A stretch of DNA of 64,000 bases, taken from assembly GCF_041146345.1 (NCBI RefSeq), contig NW_027191404.1, positions 620,001 to 684,000 of the forward strand. Reading direction: 5' to 3'. Below, one piece after another: positions 1 through 12,160 of this stretch. The translations under genes were made by a program, and so were the position numbers. Positions within the stretch are counted from its first letter, which is position 1; each line of letters opens with the position of its first letter. This stretch comes from Neodothiora populina. Lineage: Eukaryota. The notes beneath the pieces are model-generated. The model was not told the DNA's origin. It did no database searches and saw nothing but the letters and a program-made list of their open reading frames with translations.

Positions 1-446
1 AGCAAGGTCGAAGGACTGCGAAGAAACGACGCTCCTGCAGAAATATGCTGGAGAAAAGTATCATGCTCGCTCGGCTTGCCTGTCGACGCATCGGCTTGTT
101 GAAATGGCTGGAGAAGCCAGCTTGTTTGGTCATAAGCGTCTCTGGGGAACAGTCAATTCCAGTGTGTACTTAATGCCTGCTCATGTAGACGTTACCTCGA
201 ATTCAGGCATATAGCGTGACCGCAGACGATCACAAGCTCAGTGATGGAGTCAAGAGGTCCCATACTCGGGGCTACCTGATATATCTCATCGCCAAAGCTC
301 TTCCGCTTCTTATGTGCTGAGCAGCTGATTGATCCATTGTTCTGGCTGCCATTACTTCGTGGACTCGAGGCAGTACTACTACCGCTCGAGTTGTACGAAT
401 GCAAGCTCGGGGTGGTACTAACGGATGGCATTCGAATATCATTCAT
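1..446 (-). CDS. Partial gene (runs off the window start), YOR238W/DUF218-like conserved fungal protein
   Basis: ATG at 446; GT-AG intron 195..142 joins ...LVIVCGHAICLNSR to DAYDQTSWLLQPFQQ...EHDTFLQHISAG, resembling the LIIVCxHAI...W.L.PFQ...TF..HI pattern of this family. Confidence 0.6.
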
Positions 447-908
447 GTTACAAAAGTATTATCAACACGGTAATTGAAGATCTTTCTGGACAAGACTGAC
501 AATACGCATTCGTGTGTACTTGGTTGGAAGAGGGTAGAAAAGCAGTTATACTAGTACATCAGGTAAGGTAGTGAACGGATGTCTTCACAGCGAAAGCCTC
601 AAGAGATCGATCGATCAGTCGTACGAGCCTCTACAGCATAGAGTGACTACAACACAGAAGAGTAGGACGGATCCACTTCCAGCATGTAATACATACGTGA
701 GACATACATTCAGTCATTGAACATCACGAGAGACCAATGATTTCGGGATCGGACGGCTGTTGTCGATTCGTGTATGTGCTCTCAGGTTGGGGTATGAACA
801 CCCAAATCGGATAGCGACAACGCCAAGAAGTGGAGGGCTGGAGAGCCAATTGCCATTATTGGAGGCATGTGATATAAGGAAACATTGGTTTTTCTTCTTC
901 CGTGTCCA

Positions 909-2346
909 ATGTTCTCCTCGCCTTTTCAGAGAGCATCGCGGACATGTTCCAAGTATGCACAGATACTGCCGCGACCTCTATCTAGACGTTATATAAGGCT
1001 GCAAAGTAACCGTAAGATCGTTCATGCGCAACTAATGTCACCATGAAAAAAAGTTCGATCGTGTCTAACAGACAATGCAGTTGCGAGTCAAGACAGCGAT
1101 GTATCACCTGCGCTTTTGGCAAGAGCTCGGGGTATAGCCAAGGAGCATGCATTCATCACCAAGAAATTGGCTGTGGACTTTGATCCCAAAGCCGCCAAAC
1201 AACTAGGGCAACTCTCTTCCGTCAACTCAGCATTACAAGAGTGGGAAAAGGCAAACGAGGTGAGCTCGATGGTCTGCCAAAAAGTACTGCGACACAATCT
1301 CACTGTTCTGCCCACAGTCGCTCACGGAACTACGGACACTACTGTCTGATCCGCAGACGGACAGGGATCTCATAGATCTTGCTAATGAAGATCTCCCATC
1401 CACTCAAACCGCTTTGACACAAGCAAGTGCGGCCCTGAAGACATCCCTTATACCCCCTCATCCGTTCGCAGAGCTACCATGCCTTATAGAACTACGGCCT
1501 GGCGCTGGAGGCTCAGAAGCCGCACTATTCGCTGGGGACCTACTCCGCATGTATCAAGGCTATTGCAGCAACAACGGACTGCGCATGTCAATCCTCAAGT
1601 ATGAGGATGCTGATGGACAGGCCGATCCCCGAGGCTCTGACGCACCGCTACAAGAAGCTGTGCTCGAAATAGAAACCCCTGGCGCTTATGGCATCCTGCG
1701 ATGCGAGGCTGGTGTGCACCGAGTCCAGCGCGTTCCTGCCACGGAAAGCAAAGGTCGTACGCACACAAGTGCTGCCTCCGTCCTTGTTTTGCCCAGTTTT
1801 CCTGACGAGCCCAGCGCCGATCTAGGAGAGAACGATTTCATGAACCCGGACAGCGATTACTTTATCGACCCCAAGGATGTCCGAGTCGACATCATGCGTG
1901 CTCGTGGTGCTGGCGGGCAACACGTCAACACCACTGATTCAGCGGTTCGCTTGACCCATCTGCCGACTGGTACGGTCGTAGCAATCCAGGACTCGCGCTC
2001 GCAGCCCAAGAACAGAGAAAAGGCCTGGCGACTACTGAGGAGCAGAATCGCACAAGAGCGACGTGAGAAGCGAGAAGAAGAGATGGTGAATTTGAGAAGA
2101 AGTGTCGTTGGCGTTGCGAAGATGGGTAGAGGTGACAAGGTGAGGACATACAATTGGGGTCAGCAACGTGTCACAGATCACAGGAGCGGCATCAGCGTTC
2201 ACGATCTCGACGACGTGCTCGAGGGCGGTCCCGAGCTAGAGAAGGTCATGGAGAGTGTGAGGACTTGGCTAGCTGAACAGGACGTCCTAGGTCTTATGGC
2301 TGAGGAGGAAGCAAAGCGAAAGAAAGAGCTGGACGGAGCGAAATGA
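909..2346 (+). CDS. MRF1: Mitochondrial peptide chain release factor 1
   Basis: Exons 909-1011, 1081-1259, 1318-2346 (GT-AG introns). Arg/Ser-rich presequence, ELRPGAGGSEA, GVHRVQRVPAT (PxT motif), GAGGQHVN (GGQ), RTYN. Confidence 0.93.
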
Positions 2347-3676
2347 GCAATGCTACATGGAGTGGGATGTCGATGAAGGTGACATTTGTATCTGTGACGA
2401 AAATATATGAGTGCGGAAGGACTATGAAACCGTAGAACGTAGTACGATCAGTTAGTGTATGATATCTAAAATGCAAGAGCAATCATCAATTACATGATGC
2501 CACGATTGTGATGCCACCCGACACGTTCGTGTCATGCTCGGGAATCGTCAATACCATTCTACTCGGCTGCCGAGGCCGAGGGACGGTTCTAAATGCATCT
2601 AGTATACCGTTATTCCAAGGAGGAATAAGATACCATATACAGCCAAGATAGGTTATCAACCACAGGAGAAGGTTGAACGCAGGAGATGATTGATCACTTT
2701 ATCGGAAAGCATCGCACCCTTGAGATCTATTACTTATTACCGACGACTTTCGCATACCATACTGTACAGTACAAAGAACCAGCACATTCCCGTAGTCGTA
2801 CGAGAGTCGAAGGCTCAAGTCCCGTCGGCAGGCACGAATGGCACAGGCAATCACTCGCTTATCTCCATGCCACCCACCACTCGTGGTAGAGAAGCTCCAC
2901 CGGAGCCGCATAGCCGCGTGACGAAGATAGGGTAATCCATGTTGGCTGAAGTCTGTGCGTAATAACGGAACCCCGATACCAAATGGATAAGGTAGGGAAG
3001 TCAGTAGCACTCTGCCTGCTGAGGAGCTTTGGTCTGATGATATGCACACAATTCAATGCGACAGTTTCGAGATCTTCATTGTGCAAGAAGTCCCGCGCAT
3101 CATGTTGCTGGAACGAATCTCATTTGCCTACATTGTACCAGCTCTCTGGGCTGCGGTGAGTCTGTTTCCAGGAGATCAACCGCGGCATACAAGCACCACA
3201 AAGTCTATGCCTGATGCAGTAGGTGGGTTGGTGACGTGTGGTCCCTGGGTAGATGTACTGTACCTTAAGGTACCCTACTACCTGTTCCTCGCTGCCCCCC
3301 ATCTACACACGCCGGCGGGCACAACCCCACCATCTTGGCCGACGGCAGCGGGTAGCCCCTCCATTTCACGGTATTGGATACGGTTTTGTTTCGCCCGGCG
3401 GGAAAGCAGAACTATGCTACTCATCGTTACCAGAGAAAATAGACCTAGCTACGGTAGGTCGCCGAGGTAGGCATTGCGATTACCGGGGGCGCCTAAAAAC
3501 ATTATTGACTTGTGGAATCCGCAATCATTCTTCTCGAGGGCTTTTTGTTTTGTCCTTCTTGTTCATCATATAGCCCTGTACTTTCTCGAGTTCTGTAAGT
3601 CGTGCTCTCGATAGAACAAGATTGAAACACATATTCTTTGAGACAAGTCAAGTACTACGATCACAGACTGTCCACG

Positions 3677-5615
3677 ATGCCTCTCAATTACAAGGGTATC
3701 TACCCATCCTCGGACCCCGAGTTCGTTGCCTTCCCTAGCAGGAGAAGTGTCGTCCACAGCACGAAAGGTATAGTCTCGAGTACACAGCCGCTGGCAACGA
3801 ATTGTGGTATTCGCGTCTTACAGCAAGGTGGAAACTGTGCAGTAAGTGGATCTTATCTCGTCAACTAGCAGACCACCCAGGCGCTGATACCGGTCCCCAG
3901 GATGCAGCAGTAGCAGTAGCGGCCGGTCTGAACATAACCGAGCCAGGCAGTACTGGTATCGGTGGTGACATGTTCTGTCTCTTCTACGATGCAAAGACGA
4001 AGAAGGTACACGCCATGAACGGATCAGGAAGAGCACCCGCCAAAGCATCCTGCGAAGACTTGAGGAAGGCACTAGGCATTGAAGATGGCCAAAAGGGGCA
4101 GATACCTATGCTGAGTTCGTATGCTGTCACTGTACCAGGTGCTGCAGCCGGCTGGTGCGACGTCGTGGCCAAGTTCGGCTCTGGCAAATTGGGTATGGAG
4201 GAGATCCTCGCGCCGGCGATCGAACTAGGCGAGAACGGCTTCCCTGTGTCAGAGCTTATGGGCACCTACGTGAGTTCAGTAAACCTGTTCAGATAGTGTA
4301 GTTCTGACTCTAGTCGCAGTGGAGAAGAGGAGAGCAGATGATTCGCGATGCCTCGCCAAACTTCGCCGAGATGCTGAAGAGAGATCCCGCCGCCCAAGAT
4401 GGATGCAGAGCTCCTGAGCCCGGAGAGATCATGAAGAACCCGACACTCGCGCAGACCTTCAGAGAAGTTGGCAAGCACGGCAAGGCTGGCTTCTACACCG
4501 GCCGCGTAGCAGAAGAGCTGGTCAAGGTGTTGCAGGACAAGGGCACATTCATGACTTTGGACGACTTGAAGAGCCACATGGATAAAGGCACTGAAGAGGT
4601 CGATCCCATCAAGCTCAACTTTAGAGGACAGGGAATCGCCGAGACACATGGAAGCACAATGCACGACAAGTCTTCGGAGGGTGTCGATGTCTGGGAGCAC
4701 CCACCCAACGGACAGGGTATCGTTGCACTGATGGCTCTGGGCATGATGCAGATTCTTGAAGAGCAAGGCAAGATCCCAAAGTTCCAGCAAAAGGAGCACA
4801 ACAGCGCCGCACACATCCACGCAGTTGTAGAAACCTTGAGGATCGCTTTCGCCGACGCCAATTGGTGGGTGGCTGATCCAAATGTCTCAAAGGTGCCTTC
4901 GCAAGGACTCATCAGCCGCGAATATCTCACCGAACGTGCCAAACTCTACAATCCTTTAAAAGCTGGCGATATTCCCGACCGCGGATCTCCGGCACATAGC
5001 CACAGCGACACAGTCTACTTTGCCGCGACGGACAGCGAAGGAAATGGTATCAGCTTCATCAACAGCAACTACGCGGGCTTCGGAACGGCTATCATTCCCA
5101 AGGGCTGTGGTTTCACTTTGCAAAATCGTGGATGCAACTTCCAGCTTGGTCCGGACGATCACCCTAATGTGTACGCCCCGAGCAAGAGACCATATCATAC
5201 CATCATCCCTGCACTCATCACCAATGCAAGCGACCAGAGTCTGCATAGTGTATATGGAGTCATGGGAGGCTTCATGCAGCCCCAAGGACATGTGCAGGTC
5301 CTACTCAATATGCTCGTGTTTGGCTACACGCCACAGGCTGCTCTGGACGCACCGAGGATATGCATCGGAGCGGGCATGCCCGACTCTGGCGACGTCTTCG
5401 ATAAAACTGTTTACCTCGAGGAGGGTATCAGTCAAGCAACACACGATGAGCTCAAGGCTATGGGCCACAACGTAGAGTTCGTCAAGAGCTACGCAAGAGG
5501 ACTTTTTGGTCGTGGTCAGGTCATCAGATGGCATCTCGATGAGCAGGAGAACCAGGGCGTGTGGAGTGCTGGTAGTGATCCTCGAGGTGATGGTGCTGCG
5601 GTACCATACATGTAG
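3677..5615 (+). CDS. Gamma-glutamyltranspeptidase family protein (YwrD-like, no signal peptide)
   Basis: Exons 3677-3841, 3901-4269, 4320-5615. Motifs GGNCADAAVA, EPGSTGIGGD, PPNGQG, nucleophile site SD-TVYF, KRPYHTIIP, GVMGGFMQPQG, SDPRGDG. Confidence 0.92.
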
Positions 5616-6100
5616 ACGTGCCAAATGAATAGTGCGGTTGACGATTTTTTCAAAGCTATATCATTGCATTTATGAAGTCTTTGGGTGTGAACTAGTTGGT
5701 TTACCATTGAAGCATGCGAGACGAGTCAGGACTTTGTCTTCGGATTTATACTCGTATTGTATGTTTACAGCATTTACAGCACTCGTGTTCAGTGATTATT
5801 GGAGTACCTTAGTATATGATCTTTACCCCACGCGTCGCTCCTCCGGCTACTCATACCTCATTTGGTGAATACCAAGCACGTCAATCGACGGGCAAATGTC
5901 AAAACTAAGGCACGGTACTGATAACCCATGTGGGTGTGTCGTGACTCATTAAATAATCAGACATAGTGCGCAGACGGCGGAACTCGTGAGGCATAAACAG
6001 TAGAATATAGAGATAGTCTACATCCTCTTTCTTCCATCGTGGATCCCCCTCGCCACCATCTCAACTGCTCAACTTGCCGAATAAAATTGACAAGATCAAA

Positions 6101-7390
6101 ATGGCAGAACTAAGCACATCTCCACCACTCACTCGTGCCTCAGTCCAAGTTGCCCATGAGCGTATCAAGTCCAACATCCATCATACCCCGGTATTAACGA
6201 ATGCCACGATCAGTCAATTCGCGTCTACTCCACAGACTGCGAATGCTCTACAGGGCACCGAGTGGCAAGGGGAGGAGCCAGCGAACCCTAAGATATGGGT
6301 GCTGTTCAAGTGCGAGAATTACCAGCGGATAGGTGCCTTTAAGGCCAGAGGCGCGTTTCATGCTCTAGGAAGGTTGATCGAGGTCGTTGGTGAGGATGAG
6401 GTCAGGAGGAGAGGTGTTGTCACGCACAGCAGTGGTATGTTCTTTCATTTCAAATTTGAAATTGCTGGTGAAAGTTTGGCTTATGCGCAGAGGAAAGGTA
6501 ATCATGCTCAGGCACTATCACTTGCTGCTAAGACATTCGACATACCGGCTCACATTGTGATGCCGACTATCAGCACACCATCCAAGATTGCAGGTACCAA
6601 GTCTTATGGCGCGAACGTGATCTTCTCCGGCTCTACTTCTGATGAAAGGGAGGCTGTTGTGGCCGATGTCATCGCAAAGACTGGCGCTATTTTGGTGCCT
6701 CCTTATGATCACCCAGATATCATGCTAGGGCAAGGCACACTGGCACTGGAGCTCGAACAGCAAGCCGAGGAGATCTTGAGCGATGCCTCCAAGAGTGCTG
6801 GCAAAATTGGCATTCGCAACAACGGGGCTTCTCTAGACGCAGTAATTGCTCCTTGTGGAGGAGGCGGCATGCTCTCTGGCGTGGCGACGGCCTTGTCAGG
6901 CACAGGGATCACGGTCTTCGGTGCAGAGCCTTCCTTCGAAGGGGCCGACGATGCGAGAAGAGGTCTTCTTCAAGGCTCGCGCATAGAAAAGGTCAAGACA
7001 TTGACGATAGCTGATGGACTACGTACTCCCGTTGGCAAAATCCCCTGGACCGTACTCAGCGACAAGACAAAACTACACTCGATGTACTCCGTTACAGAAG
7101 ATCAAATCAAGAAAGCCATGAGGCTACTACTGGAACGAGCGAAGATCTTTGTAGAGCCTAGTTCTGCAGTTCCACTCGCAGTGGTCTTGTTCAACGAGGA
7201 CTTCAGGCGCCTCGTCGCACAAGAAGCTGGAGACAAGGGGTGGAATATTGGCGTCGTGTTGAGTGGTGGTAACACTACGGTTGACGCTATCGCCAAGCTC
7301 TATGCGCCTGAAGCTGAGAAGCTGGGTGAAAGGCAAGAGGGTAAGGTGGGTATGAATGGTGAAAAGGTAGCTGAGAATATCGCTGGATAG
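6101..7390 (+). CDS. PLP-dependent serine racemase / threonine dehydratase family lyase (SRY1-like)
   Basis: KCENYQRIGAFKARGA (PLP lysine), HSSG|NHAQA split by a 63-nt intron (6435-6497), GQGT, PCGGGGMLSG, TIADGL, EPSSA, LSGGN. Confidence 0.9.
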   Translation: MAELSTSPPLTRASVQVAHERIKSNIHHTPVLTNATISQFASTPQTANALQGTEWQGEEPANPKIWVLFKCENYQRIGAFKARGAFHALGRLIEVVGEDEVRRRGVVTHSSGMFFHFKFEIAGESLAYAQRKGNHAQALSLAAKTFDIPAHIVMPTISTPSKIAGTKSYGANVIFSGSTSDEREAVVADVIAKTGAILVPPYDHPDIMLGQGTLALELEQQAEEILSDASKSAGKIGIRNNGASLDAVIAPCGGGGMLSGVATALSGTGITVFGAEPSFEGADDARRGLLQGSRIEKVKTLTIADGLRTPVGKIPWTVLSDKTKLHSMYSVTEDQIKKAMRLLLERAKIFVEPSSAVPLAVVLFNEDFRRLVAQEAGDKGWNIGVVLSGGNTTVDAIAKLYAPEAEKLGERQEGKVGMNGEKVAENIAG

Positions 7391-7946
7391 ACTTGCCATT
7401 TGCCGTTCTGAAGACATATAGACTCGTGAACGTGGTATACATGACGAATTTATAACTTCAGGATCAGAATATTTTGATGCATCACTGTTCGTACTTTGAC
7501 ACTAAGTATCATCGATTCGCTTGCCAATCGAATCTGACCAAGGAGGCACATTGAGAATCTCCCATCAAGTTCAGGTGTAGCATAAGCTGTCAAATCATCG
7601 GCTATATGCTCTACAACGAAAACAATGGAATGGCATCAACATCTACACGATCGTCCCAGTCTCATGTTATCGATCAGCGGAAAATTCTGGGTCGCATGTA
7701 ATGCAGTATGTAGCTGCCTCCTGCATACAGTCCTCTATCTCGCTTAGGGAAATGCAGGCGGAAGCGAAGCAGGCGATGACGTTGTGACCCCAAGTCTTCA
7801 CCGCCCGTCCTCCTACCGTGGGCTGGACGATACCCGTGTAAACCACGATCTTCCATATCAGACACCTCGTAACTCTTCTATGCGGACTCCTCTCTTGTGT
7901 GCGCAGATATTCGAGAGGTGCAGTTCGACAGATCGAAACATAGAAT

Positions 7947-8688
7947 ATGACTCGACGAATCATCTACGGCATTGGTCTCTGGGTCTTCCTAGCAGGTAAA
8001 CAAAAACACCACCAGGCAGCCACGCGCGCTGGTGTTTCCATCCTGCCTCAGCCTAACGCTCCGTACTGATACTGCATGAAAAGCTACTGCTCTCACAATC
8101 ACTGCGATTGCGCTCCCCGATTGGGTATCATACACCTCTCCGACGCAGAGCCCGAATCCAGCGCATCCAAACAAAGCGATTCATGTGTCATACGGCCTGC
8201 ACAAGCGCTGCTCCAGTCTGACTGGCAGCTGTAGCAGTTTCCCACAATATGAGGACTGCCATGGCGAGGACCGAAACTTTTGTTCCATGTGGCGCTCTGT
8301 TGGTTTCTTAATGAACTTCACCGTTATCATCGAGTTCGCTACACTTGTCGCATTCGCTGTTATTCTTCTTGGAGGCAGAGATAAGAGGGAGGGGGGTGGA
8401 AGATTCTCTCATCACTCCTGGCTGTTGTTGCTGTTGCACAGCTTGCTTCCATGGCGATTGTGGTATGTGGCTCTCTCGCGTCTACCATTGTTCTTCGCGC
8501 TGACCTTGCACAAGACATTCCTCTACGACCATGATAGTCGCTTCTTTGTTGGCTGGAGACTCGATAGTAGTTGGATCCTCTGCACTGTTTCTTGGTGTGT
8601 CATGCTGGTTGATGCCATAAGCATCATGGCTGCCGCCAACATTATGACTCCCGAGGATGACTACGAACCCATCCCCGACCGAAGATGA
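7947..8688 (+). CDS. Four-TM claudin/SUR7-like membrane protein, with an apparent 1-nt frameshift at 8391-8396
   Basis: ATG 7947; introns 7996-8083 and 8463-8514; W...YGLHKRC...C claudin-like loop. The third TM (WKILSSLLAVVAVAQLASMAIV) lies in a shifted frame after a G6 run. Confidence 0.7.
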
Positions 8689-9004
8689 GCGTTTTGATAC
8701 TGCACGACTGTTAATGAAGACACGGACTTTGCGATTAATTGTGGTAGACAGCAGAGTACATATACGGGAGGTTGCTGGTGGATCTTTTGGGGGCATCATA
8801 ATGAAGCATGTTATACTTGATAGGCATGTTACTATTTGGACTTGCGGTAACGATTATATGTTGATTTTTCTCACTGCACACCGTTTTCGGCAGGCTTGAC
8901 GTGAGACAACTTTTGTTCGGAGCCACATGGAGTACTCGTGTCGCAACTCTTTCATCCCGGGGCTCTATTGTAAGCTAGATACCGCACCATGCACACATAT
9001 CATT

Positions 9005-9727
9005 TCAAATCTTCTCCACGGCGAGCACCGAGTAAGACCGTCCATCAACCTCGATATCGTTCCCAACCGACCAGGACCTTGCATCGAAAGCCTGTTCGCC
9101 TAATGCCCTAATCGAAGGCAGATTTCCTCCGCCAATCGCATACTGCGGCTGCCAGGTTCCACCCACCGACTCCTCTCTCAACGCCATGAAATTCCCCTTC
9201 GTATCTTTCCTCAAAACCTGGTAGTGATCCGCAATACGGCCAATATACGTGATGGCGTCCTCGTCTTTCCTCCTTAGCACCCACGCAGGTTGCTCGCTTG
9301 ACGTGATGGGCATATCGCCCCAAACTTCCTCGAATGCTTGAACCTTGTTACCGTTGGCTGGGTTGGGCATTTCTCCCTTCTCGAAGGCGTCGCCATTGTC
9401 GAAGATCTCGAACTCTGCTATGTCGTCTGATGCCTCTGTGCCCATTGAGCATATCTCCTTTGTCCATTGAAATTTGACTTTTTATTGTGCAAAGATTAGC
9501 GATGTCAAAAGAGAGATCAGGGATGTGTCCAGTAAATGCATCTTACGTGGTTTCTCGGAGAGAGTGGCTTTCTTTCCTGCCATGCCCCAGTCTATGGACG
9601 AATCATGCTTGTTGACGCGTAGGTCAATAAAGTAGGTGCCGATGTCGAAGACGAGAGTGCTTGTGGGCTCTGATGGTTCGTCGGGTACCCATCTGAGACT
9701 TTTACGAGTGGTCAGCTGTACAGACAT
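9005..9727 (-). CDS. HRI1: HRI1-family protein
   Basis: RKSLRWVPDEPSEPTSTLV, FIDLRV, IDWGMAG; intron 9546..9478; E.GEMPNPANG...FEEVW typical of HRI1. Confidence 0.8.
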
Positions 9728-10402
9728 GTTGATTTTTAGAGAGAGGGTCGAGTCTTTTGCTTGATGTATTAGAAGCTAAGATGGGCTGTGTTTAAAATAA
9801 TGGAGTGTTGTAGTGTAGACAATAGGGTGGCGAATCTTCGAGGGAAGTGCTATGGAAACGGCTACTGGAGGAGTCGAGACTATATACCTTAGATATCAAA
9901 CGCATGCTACTGATCTCGAGAATGTATACCTAGTCTACTGAATGTTATATGTCATGTGTGAGGTCGAGCACTAGCCCTGATTGGGAAGCTTGAGGAGATG
10001 CTCAGTGTGGATACTGTAATGTATTCGTCAATCAAATCGAGTCTGAGAGTTTTGTGCCAGACTTATTCGTATGCCAAGAATACAGCAGTAATGAATGCTT
10101 GTACAAGTATCTGTCGGAGACGTCGAACTTCCCCTCCTGCAACTCTATAACAGTATTGTAGAATGGGATCCATTAGAGAGAGGTTCGACTGAAGGATGGA
10201 AGCTTTTCCCTATCCAGATTAGCTCCTTCTGCCCCGGACCACATTGCCGACATCCTTCTGTGACTGGAACTCCATCCATGTGCGATATTGTACATCGAAC
10301 CAACATTCTTGCCCCATTTGACTCCATGACTTGTGCTCGATGAGCCTTATTGGAACCACATTATGACTATATGGCTTTGGTCTTCCGAACACATAAAGCG
10401 CA

Positions 10403-12160
10403 ATGGGTGACGATCACGATGCTGCATCGGCGCCAAAAGCCACTCGCGCAGCCAAAAGGTCTTGGTCTGGCTGCGCGCGATGCAAGAAACGACGACAGAA
10501 GTGCGATGAAGTGCGACCAGCATGCAGTCGCTGTACCGCTGCAGACGTTGACTGCGTCTATGAAGTGAAACTCCGATGGGGTGGAAGATCCTTTGCACAG
10601 TCTAGGTTTGGGGAGTGCTTATCCGGAACTTCAGACAAAGTTGAAAAGCTAGGTATGTTCTGCTTGCTATTTCCATCTAGGTCACGGCTGCTAATCTCTT
10701 ACGCAGGAAACCCCAATAACTTTGTCTATGTCTCTAACTTCCAGGTTCAGCCGCCTTCTGCTGATGCAACATCGGTAAAGTCAAGGCCTGCAGTCGCAAA
10801 TAAGACGGCGAGGTCGCGAAAGCCTTCTCAGGTGGCAGCTGCAGCAACGCAGCCAGTCACAGCAATTGTGCCTGTATCGCGTACGACAAGGTCTCCAACT
10901 GTGGAACTGGGAAGCCCGCTCTTCTTGTGTCCTGAGATCGACCCCTTCTGTAACTTTTCCGATATTGACCGTGCACTCTTGGATCACTTCGTTCACAGCA
11001 CTTCTAATATAATTTCGTGTCATTCGATCGTGCAAGAGAATGTCTGTCAAGTCATTGTACCAGCAGCGCTCGAAAACCCCACTCTGTTCTACGCTACCAT
11101 GGCCTTGTCCGCGATACATCAGAAATCACAAGCTGGGCTGGTGAGTGCTGAAGTACGCCGAGATCCTCTCGTTATACATTTGCTCGGCAATAGTCTTCAT
11201 AGGCTGCAAGGAGAACTCATCCAACAGGATGCAAAGAAGAGTAGTGTCCTGCTTGCGACGATCCGTACGCTCTTCTTATGTGAGGTCCATTCTGGAGGTG
11301 ACAGACCTGGAACATGGCGAGCCCATTTTGAAGGGGCGAAGGTCCTGATGCATCGCATCGAGTCTTGGAAGGGCTATTCTGCAAAGGAAAGAGATAGCAC
11401 TGCTTACTTCCTCAAGCGATGGTACAATATGACCGAGTCTTTTGTTGCTCTGACTGGGGATAGTCTAGCCACTGGTCAGCTCGCCAGATTCGAACCGCGA
11501 ACTCTCAATGGTGATGGGGAGAGTGATATCTTCCTTGATGAATACGCGGGGTTCACCACAGACCTGACCTCGATTTTCTGCGAGATCGGTGCTTGCGCTT
11601 GGGAACGCCGCAAGGCTCGTCTGGTCGAGCAAGGATCAACGATTCTCTCAGAGATGGACCTCGATGAAGAAGCAATGTACCTTGAGCAGTCCATCTGGGA
11701 TAGAATCGAGTACAACAAGATTAGTCCTCCTAGCTTTAGACCCGGTCTGGATGAGAAGTTATCACATCGACAGAAAGAGGATTTCTTGCTATGCAATGAA
11801 GCATGGCACCACATGGCTTTGATCTATATTCATCGACAAATTTCGGGAATGCCGGCATTTGCAGCAGCTGTGCAAGAAAGTGTCAAGAGGATACTGGACT
11901 GTATCGAGGGCATCACGGCTACAGCAGGGCTCACGCCGCTTGTGGTCTTGACAACTCCACTCTTTGCAGCAGGTTGCGAAGCCTTGGGAGATGATCGCCA
12001 GAGAGTCCGAGAATTGCTTCTTAATATGTTCGAGCTTCTACGAATCCCAAACATCTATAGATCTTTGGAGGTGTTGGAAAGTTTCTGGGCCAGTCAGTGT
12101 GAGACGGCTGATTGGGATATCTTCATGAAAGCCCAACACTGGGACTTCCTGCCTTATTGA
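10403..12160 (+). CDS. Zn(II)2Cys6 transcription factor with Fungal_trans_2-type C-terminal domain
   Basis: GCARCKKRRQKCDEVRPACSRC...C cluster; W..HF.GA and PLFAAGCEA motifs; probable 54-nt intron 10653-10706. Confidence 0.9.
   Translation: MGDDHDAASAPKATRAAKRSWSGCARCKKRRQKCDEVRPACSRCTAADVDCVYEVKLRWGGRSFAQSRFGECLSGTSDKVEKLGMFCLLFPSRSRLLISYAGNPNNFVYVSNFQVQPPSADATSVKSRPAVANKTARSRKPSQVAAAATQPVTAIVPVSRTTRSPTVELGSPLFLCPEIDPFCNFSDIDRALLDHFVHSTSNIISCHSIVQENVCQVIVPAALENPTLFYATMALSAIHQKSQAGLVSAEVRRDPLVIHLLGNSLHRLQGELIQQDAKKSSVLLATIRTLFLCEVHSGGDRPGTWRAHFEGAKVLMHRIESWKGYSAKERDSTAYFLKRWYNMTESFVALTGDSLATGQLARFEPRTLNGDGESDIFLDEYAGFTTDLTSIFCEIGACAWERRKARLVEQGSTILSEMDLDEEAMYLEQSIWDRIEYNKISPPSFRPGLDEKLSHRQKEDFLLCNEAWHHMALIYIHRQISGMPAFAAAVQESVKRILDCIEGITATAGLTPLVVLTTPLFAAGCEALGDDRQRVRELLLNMFELLRIPNIYRSLEVLESFWASQCETADWDIFMKAQHWDFLPY

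Noticed and set aside
2686..3573. Overlapping short ORFs upstream of the GGT gene
   Set aside because: No recognisable motifs or coherent exon structure; probably promoter/intergenic DNA.
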